A program made the position numbers and the translations under genes. From Acidobacteriaceae bacterium (GTDB taxonomy: Bacteria > Acidobacteriota > Terriglobia > Terriglobales > Acidobacteriaceae), in contig CBDIBB010000003.1 of assembly GCA_965276625.1 (NCBI GenBank), positions 1,270,174 through 1,334,173 of the forward strand: a stretch of DNA of 64,000 bases, in the 5' to 3' direction. Numbering within the stretch: position 1 is the first letter of the stretch; every line of letters starts with the position of its first letter. The notes beneath the pieces were generated by a model. That model saw only the letters and a list, made by a program, of their open reading frames with translations, searched no databases and had not been told where the DNA came from. This document shows positions 60,798 through 64,000 of the stretch, one piece after another.

Positions 60798-61997
60798 ATG
60801 CGGGAGAATGGAAGCGGGCCAGGAGGGAACCGCTTGCACTTTTCCGCGCGTACAGGCTGGGACAGGGATGAGGCGCCTTTAGCAATCGCCGCCGCCGCCC
60901 GCATCGCGGAGGGGTTACCGCTGCTGGATCTGACAGCCTCGAATCCGACGCGCTGCGGCTTTACGGTGGACGCGACGGCGCTGCTGGAGTCCCTGAGCCA
61001 GACGGGCTCGCTGATATATGACCCGCAGCCGTTCGGACGCGCGGAAGCGCGGGAAGCCGTGAGCGGCTACTACCGACGGCATGGAGCGGAGCTCGATCCT
61101 GGCCGGATATGCCTGACGACGAGCACCAGCGAGGCCTACAGCTTCCTATTCCGGCTGCTGTGCGACCCAGGCGATGAGGTGCTGATCGCTACGCCGAGCT
61201 ACCCGCTCTTCGGCTACCTGGCCGGGCTGAACGATGTTCGGCTGGTGGAGTACCCGCTGGTTTATGAGCACGGTTGGCAGGTGCAGCCGGGCTCGCTGGA
61301 ACGGCTGATCGGCCCACGCACACGGGCGATCATGCTGGTGCATCCGAACAACCCGACCGGACACTTCATCAGCGAGGAGGAGCGCGCGGACCTTGAGCGG
61401 CTCTGCCTCCGGCACGGCCTCGCGCTGGTTGTCGATGAGGTTTTTCTCGACTACGCATGGCCTGGTATGAAAACGCGGAGCATCGCCGCCGGGCCGCACC
61501 CGGTGCTTACGTTCGTGCTGAGCGGCATGAGCAAGATCGCGGCCATGCCGCAGATGAAGCTCTCGTGGCTCGGTATGCTGGGGCCGCCCGGGCTGGTCGA
61601 AGAAGCGCGTACCCGCCTTGAGGTCATCGCCGATACCTACCTTTCCGTCAGCGCGCCGACGCAGCAGGCGCTGCCTTCGTGGCTGCACGGTTGCGATGGG
61701 GTGCAGCAGCAGATCCGGGAGCGTGTGCGGGCGAACCTGCGCCTGCTGGACGCTCTGCTCGCCGGCACTAAGGCGTCACGGCTGCAGGCTGAAGGCGGCT
61801 GGTATGCGGTGCTGCGGCTCCCGACCCTGGGTCCGGACGAGGCGTGGGCGATTCGCCTGCTGCAGCGTACCGGGGTGCTGGTGCATCCGGGGTCGGCCTT
61901 CGGCTTCGGCCCGGAGGGCTGGATCGTGCTGAGCCTGCTGCCGGAGCCGGCGGTGTTTGCGGCGGGTATTAAGCGCTTGTTGGCTGAAGCCGGCTGA
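60798..61997 (+). CDS. Class I/II PLP-dependent aminotransferase
   Basis: HPNNPTG, VVDEVFLDY and the PLP-Lys context LSGMSKIAAMPQMKLSW. The start is uncertain because it lies only 25 nt from the divergent HAD start. Confidence 0.85.
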   Translation: MRENGSGPGGNRLHFSARTGWDRDEAPLAIAAAARIAEGLPLLDLTASNPTRCGFTVDATALLESLSQTGSLIYDPQPFGRAEAREAVSGYYRRHGAELDPGRICLTTSTSEAYSFLFRLLCDPGDEVLIATPSYPLFGYLAGLNDVRLVEYPLVYEHGWQVQPGSLERLIGPRTRAIMLVHPNNPTGHFISEEERADLERLCLRHGLALVVDEVFLDYAWPGMKTRSIAAGPHPVLTFVLSGMSKIAAMPQMKLSWLGMLGPPGLVEEARTRLEVIADTYLSVSAPTQQALPSWLHGCDGVQQQIRERVRANLRLLDALLAGTKASRLQAEGGWYAVLRLPTLGPDEAWAIRLLQRTGVLVHPGSAFGFGPEGWIVLSLLPEPAVFAAGIKRLLAEAG

Positions 61998-61999
61998 AC

Positions 62000-62680
62000 C
62001 TATCGCCTGCCAAGCGCTCTCAGAAAGGGATTGCTCTCCATTTCGGCGCCGATCGTCGTTTCGACTCCGTGACCCGGAATGACCAGGGTCTCCGGAGGCA
62101 GCGGCATCAGGCGTGCCTCGATGGAGCGCAGGATTTTTCCTCCGTCGCCGCCGGGCAGGTCGGTGCGGCCGATGGAGCGGGCAAACAGCGTATCGCCCGC
62201 GGCCAGCAGCCCGGCGCCGGGGAAATGGACGCAGATGCTGCCTTCAGAGTGGCCGGGCGTGTGCAGGATCTCGCCGGGCAGGCTGGCGAAACCGACGCGT
62301 AGGCCGTCTTCTGCGCTGGCGTCCGGCTGGGCTGTTGCGGGCGGAGCGATGCCGAGCCAGCCGGCCTGCATCTCCATCATGCCTAGCAAGGGCAGGTCCG
62401 CCTGGTGCATCAGGATGGGCGCACCGGTCGCCTGCTTAAGCGCAAGCGCGCCGCCCACGTGATCGATATGGGCATGTGTGATGAGGATCTGCGTGAGCCT
62501 CAGCCCAAGTGCGCCGAGGCGCCTGAGCAGAAAGGCAGGGCCGCCGCGCTCGGCGAGACCCGGATCATCGGCGAGACCCGGATCAATGACGATGGCTTCG
62601 CCCGTCGCCGGGTCGCCGAGCAGGGTGCAGTTGCAGGCCAGCAGGCCCACGGGAAAGGTTTCGCGCACGAAAGCGGACAT
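62000..62680 (-). CDS. MBL-fold metallo-hydrolase (glyoxalase II-like)
   Basis: ITHAHIDHVGG (HxHxDH) and HTPGHSEGS. The start is trimmed to ATG 62680. Confidence 0.85.
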   Translation of the reverse strand: MSAFVRETFPVGLLACNCTLLGDPATGEAIVIDPGLADDPGLAERGGPAFLLRRLGALGLRLTQILITHAHIDHVGGALALKQATGAPILMHQADLPLLGMMEMQAGWLGIAPPATAQPDASAEDGLRVGFASLPGEILHTPGHSEGSICVHFPGAGLLAAGDTLFARSIGRTDLPGGDGGKILRSIEARLMPLPPETLVIPGHGVETTIGAEMESNPFLRALGRR

Positions 62681-62744
62681 AGTCCCATTGTCGACGAAGC
62701 GGAACGGCTGCAAACAATCCGGCGCGATTTTGCATAATGGTTCC

Positions 62745-63002
62745 ATGGCATTGCGAAACGAGTGGACTGAGTGGCACCTGACGCCGGGCGGCTGGGTGCG
62801 GGGATCGACCAGGGTGCAGGGCAGAGGGAACGAGTGGGTAGATGAGCCGGAGGACCGCGTGCTCTCCTACGTGTACAAGGAAACGCAGACGAGCAGCGCC
62901 CCGGCCGCGACGGTCAGCAGTGAAGAGTCGTGGCGATCTAAGACCGCGACTGACATCCAGGAGCTGCTGGGCCGCCATGGGCAGACGCCGCGCACTCTTT
63001 GA
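62745..63002 (+). CDS. Hypothetical protein (85 aa)
   Basis: MALRNEWTEWHLTPGGWVRGSTRVQGRGNEWVDEPEDRVLSYVYKE has plausible composition and ends at a bidirectional terminator. No SD was seen. Confidence 0.4.
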   Translation: MALRNEWTEWHLTPGGWVRGSTRVQGRGNEWVDEPEDRVLSYVYKETQTSSAPAATVSSEESWRSKTATDIQELLGRHGQTPRTL

Positions 63003-63019
63003 GAACGCGGACACACGTG

Positions 63020-63048
63020 AAAAAGGAGGCCGACCGGCCTCCTTTTTA
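63020..63048. terminator. Bidirectional rho-independent terminator
   Basis: aaaaaGGAGGCCgaccGGCCTCCttttt sits between the convergent 62745..63002 ORF and secG. Confidence 0.85.
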
Positions 63049-63069
63049 TACTTTGGAAAATCGTACGAT

Positions 63070-63363
63070 TTACTTTTTCGCAGGTAGGACGTGGGTCTGC
63101 GTGCCCTCGAGAACCGAGTGGCCCGTGCCGGCGGCGTGCTGCATCAGCACGAAGAGGCTGATGGTGGTGATCATGAATGCAACCGCACACCAGGTGGTTG
63201 ACTTTGACAGGATATTGGAGGCTCCGCGCGGGCCGAATGCCGTCTGTGAACCCTGGCCGCCGAAAGCGCTCGCAAGGTCCGCGCTTTTACCCTGCTGCAA
63301 CAGGATGATACCGATCAGAAAGAGGCAGAGCAGGACGTGAATAACGGTAAGCAGGATGATCAT
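63070..63363 (-). CDS. secG: Preprotein translocase subunit SecG
   Basis: MIILLTVIHVLLCLFLIGIILLQQGKSADLASAFGGQGSQTAFGPRGASNILSKST is the canonical SecG pattern (LLQxGKG..L..AFGG). Confidence 0.92.
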   Translation of the reverse strand: MIILLTVIHVLLCLFLIGIILLQQGKSADLASAFGGQGSQTAFGPRGASNILSKSTTWCAVAFMITTISLFVLMQHAAGTGHSVLEGTQTHVLPAKK

Positions 63364-63425
63364 AGGCCGGTTCGCTTGTTCCTTGAGATGGGCTGATGGG
63401 TACGCCGCAAAACGTGAAGCTTTTC

Positions 63426-63509
63426 TGGTGCGGAAGGGGGGACTTGAACCCCCATGCCTCTCGGCGCCACCCCCTCAAGATGGTGTGTCTGCCATTTCAC
63501 CACTTCCGC
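63426..63509 (-). tRNA. tRNA-Leu (anticodon GAG)
   Basis: The reverse complement reads GCGGAAGTGGTGAAATGGCAGACACACCATCTTGAGGGGGTGGCGCCGAGAGGCATGGGGGTTCAAGTCCCCCCTTCCGCACCA. It has a 7-bp acceptor stem and an anticodon stem CCATC/GGTGG with loop TTGAGGG. It also has a long variable arm, T-arm GGGGG-TTCAAGT-CCCCC and an encoded CCA. Confidence 0.93.
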
Positions 63510-63678
63510 ACTGCCGTGGAGCGCAAGGTTGCCTGCTCCGAAGCTGAGTATAGCAAAAGGCGAATGAAGAGCAAACACTTCCCGGGCGTCCTGCAGAAGC
63601 GGTTTGCCGGCCCCTATCCCATGCCGCGTTGCCGCAAAATTGCGGCGAGACAAAGATGTTCTGCCAGAATGAGACATC

Positions 63679-64000
63679 ATGAACGCCTTCGCGCTGGCGA
63701 GCATTCTCATCACGGTAGCGGCGCTGCTTTCCGTCGCTAACCATCGCCTGGTGCGTCTGCCTCCGGCGATCGGCATGACTTTGCTGTCCCTGCTGCTTGC
63801 CACTGGGCTGCTGATCGCGGGCAAGTTGGCCGGCGCACACTCGGCCGCGGTCGCCGGGCACTTCATCGCGCTGGTGGCCGGCATCAACTTCAACCACCTG
63901 GTGCTGCACGGCATGCTCGCCTTTCTGCTGTTCGCAGGCGCGCTTGGCCTGGACGCCTCGCAGCTCTCGAACCAGAAGTGGGTGGTGCTCGCCTTAGCGA
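63679..64000 (+). CDS. Cation:proton antiporter (NhaP/CPA1-like), N-terminal part; runs off the right edge
   Basis: MNAFALASILITVAALLSVANHRLVRLPPAIGMTLLSLLLATGLL...LHGMLAFLLFAGALGLD is a typical CPA1 N-terminus. Confidence 0.75.
   Translation, partial: MNAFALASILITVAALLSVANHRLVRLPPAIGMTLLSLLLATGLLIAGKLAGAHSAAVAGHFIALVAGINFNHLVLHGMLAFLLFAGALGLDASQLSNQKWVVLALA

Noticed and set aside
63364-63678. tRNA-Leu as an integration hotspot or genomic-island boundary
   Set aside because: No integrase is adjacent and no duplicated tRNA 3' segment is seen in the window. The neighbours (secG, a cation antiporter) are housekeeping genes.

Overview
High-GC (roughly 60-65% by eye) bacterial chromosomal segment. 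An Acidobacteriota (Terriglobia-like) origin is inferred only from gene content and the style of the intergenic repeats. About 60 protein genes and one tRNA are supportable, and most are core metabolism. They include an 8-gene arginine operon (argR-argC-argB-argD-argF-argG-argH plus a GNAT) divergent from gltB, then accB/accC, ribBA, thiE, lepB, secG, murQ and Ku. Transport and regulator genes include a CLC channel, two APC permeases and a LysR-controlled mini-module. The main accessory block is a complete Tad/Flp pilus locus (39.3-50.1 kb, minus strand). It is followed by a 31-aa hydrophobic peptide gene and a DUF192 gene. A second accessory-looking block is a low-GC island at 57.1-60.1 kb, made of about 630 bp of AT-rich ORF-free DNA plus a secreted beta-helix protein. 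I do not see a convincing new multi-gene system such as a defence island, CRISPR array or prophage. The most unexplained signals are non-coding. (i) A 10-bp hairpin occurs twice with fully compensated stem changes, after ku and after gltB. (ii) A REP/MITE-like element built on GGTCACTTCGTGAC has one copy splitting accB from accC. (iii) Purine/G-run-rich short tandem repeats sit in intercistronic spacers of the arg operon and in two 3' UTRs, always G-rich on the sense strand. (iv) Paired ARG-box-like palindromes lie in the argR/gltB divergent region. Other points worth a look are an H-box His-to-Gln substitution in the truncated sensor kinase and an overlapping DUF4160/DUF2442 pair. The many long Arg/Ala/Pro-rich ORFs in the track are antisense or off-frame shadows of real genes and were not called.
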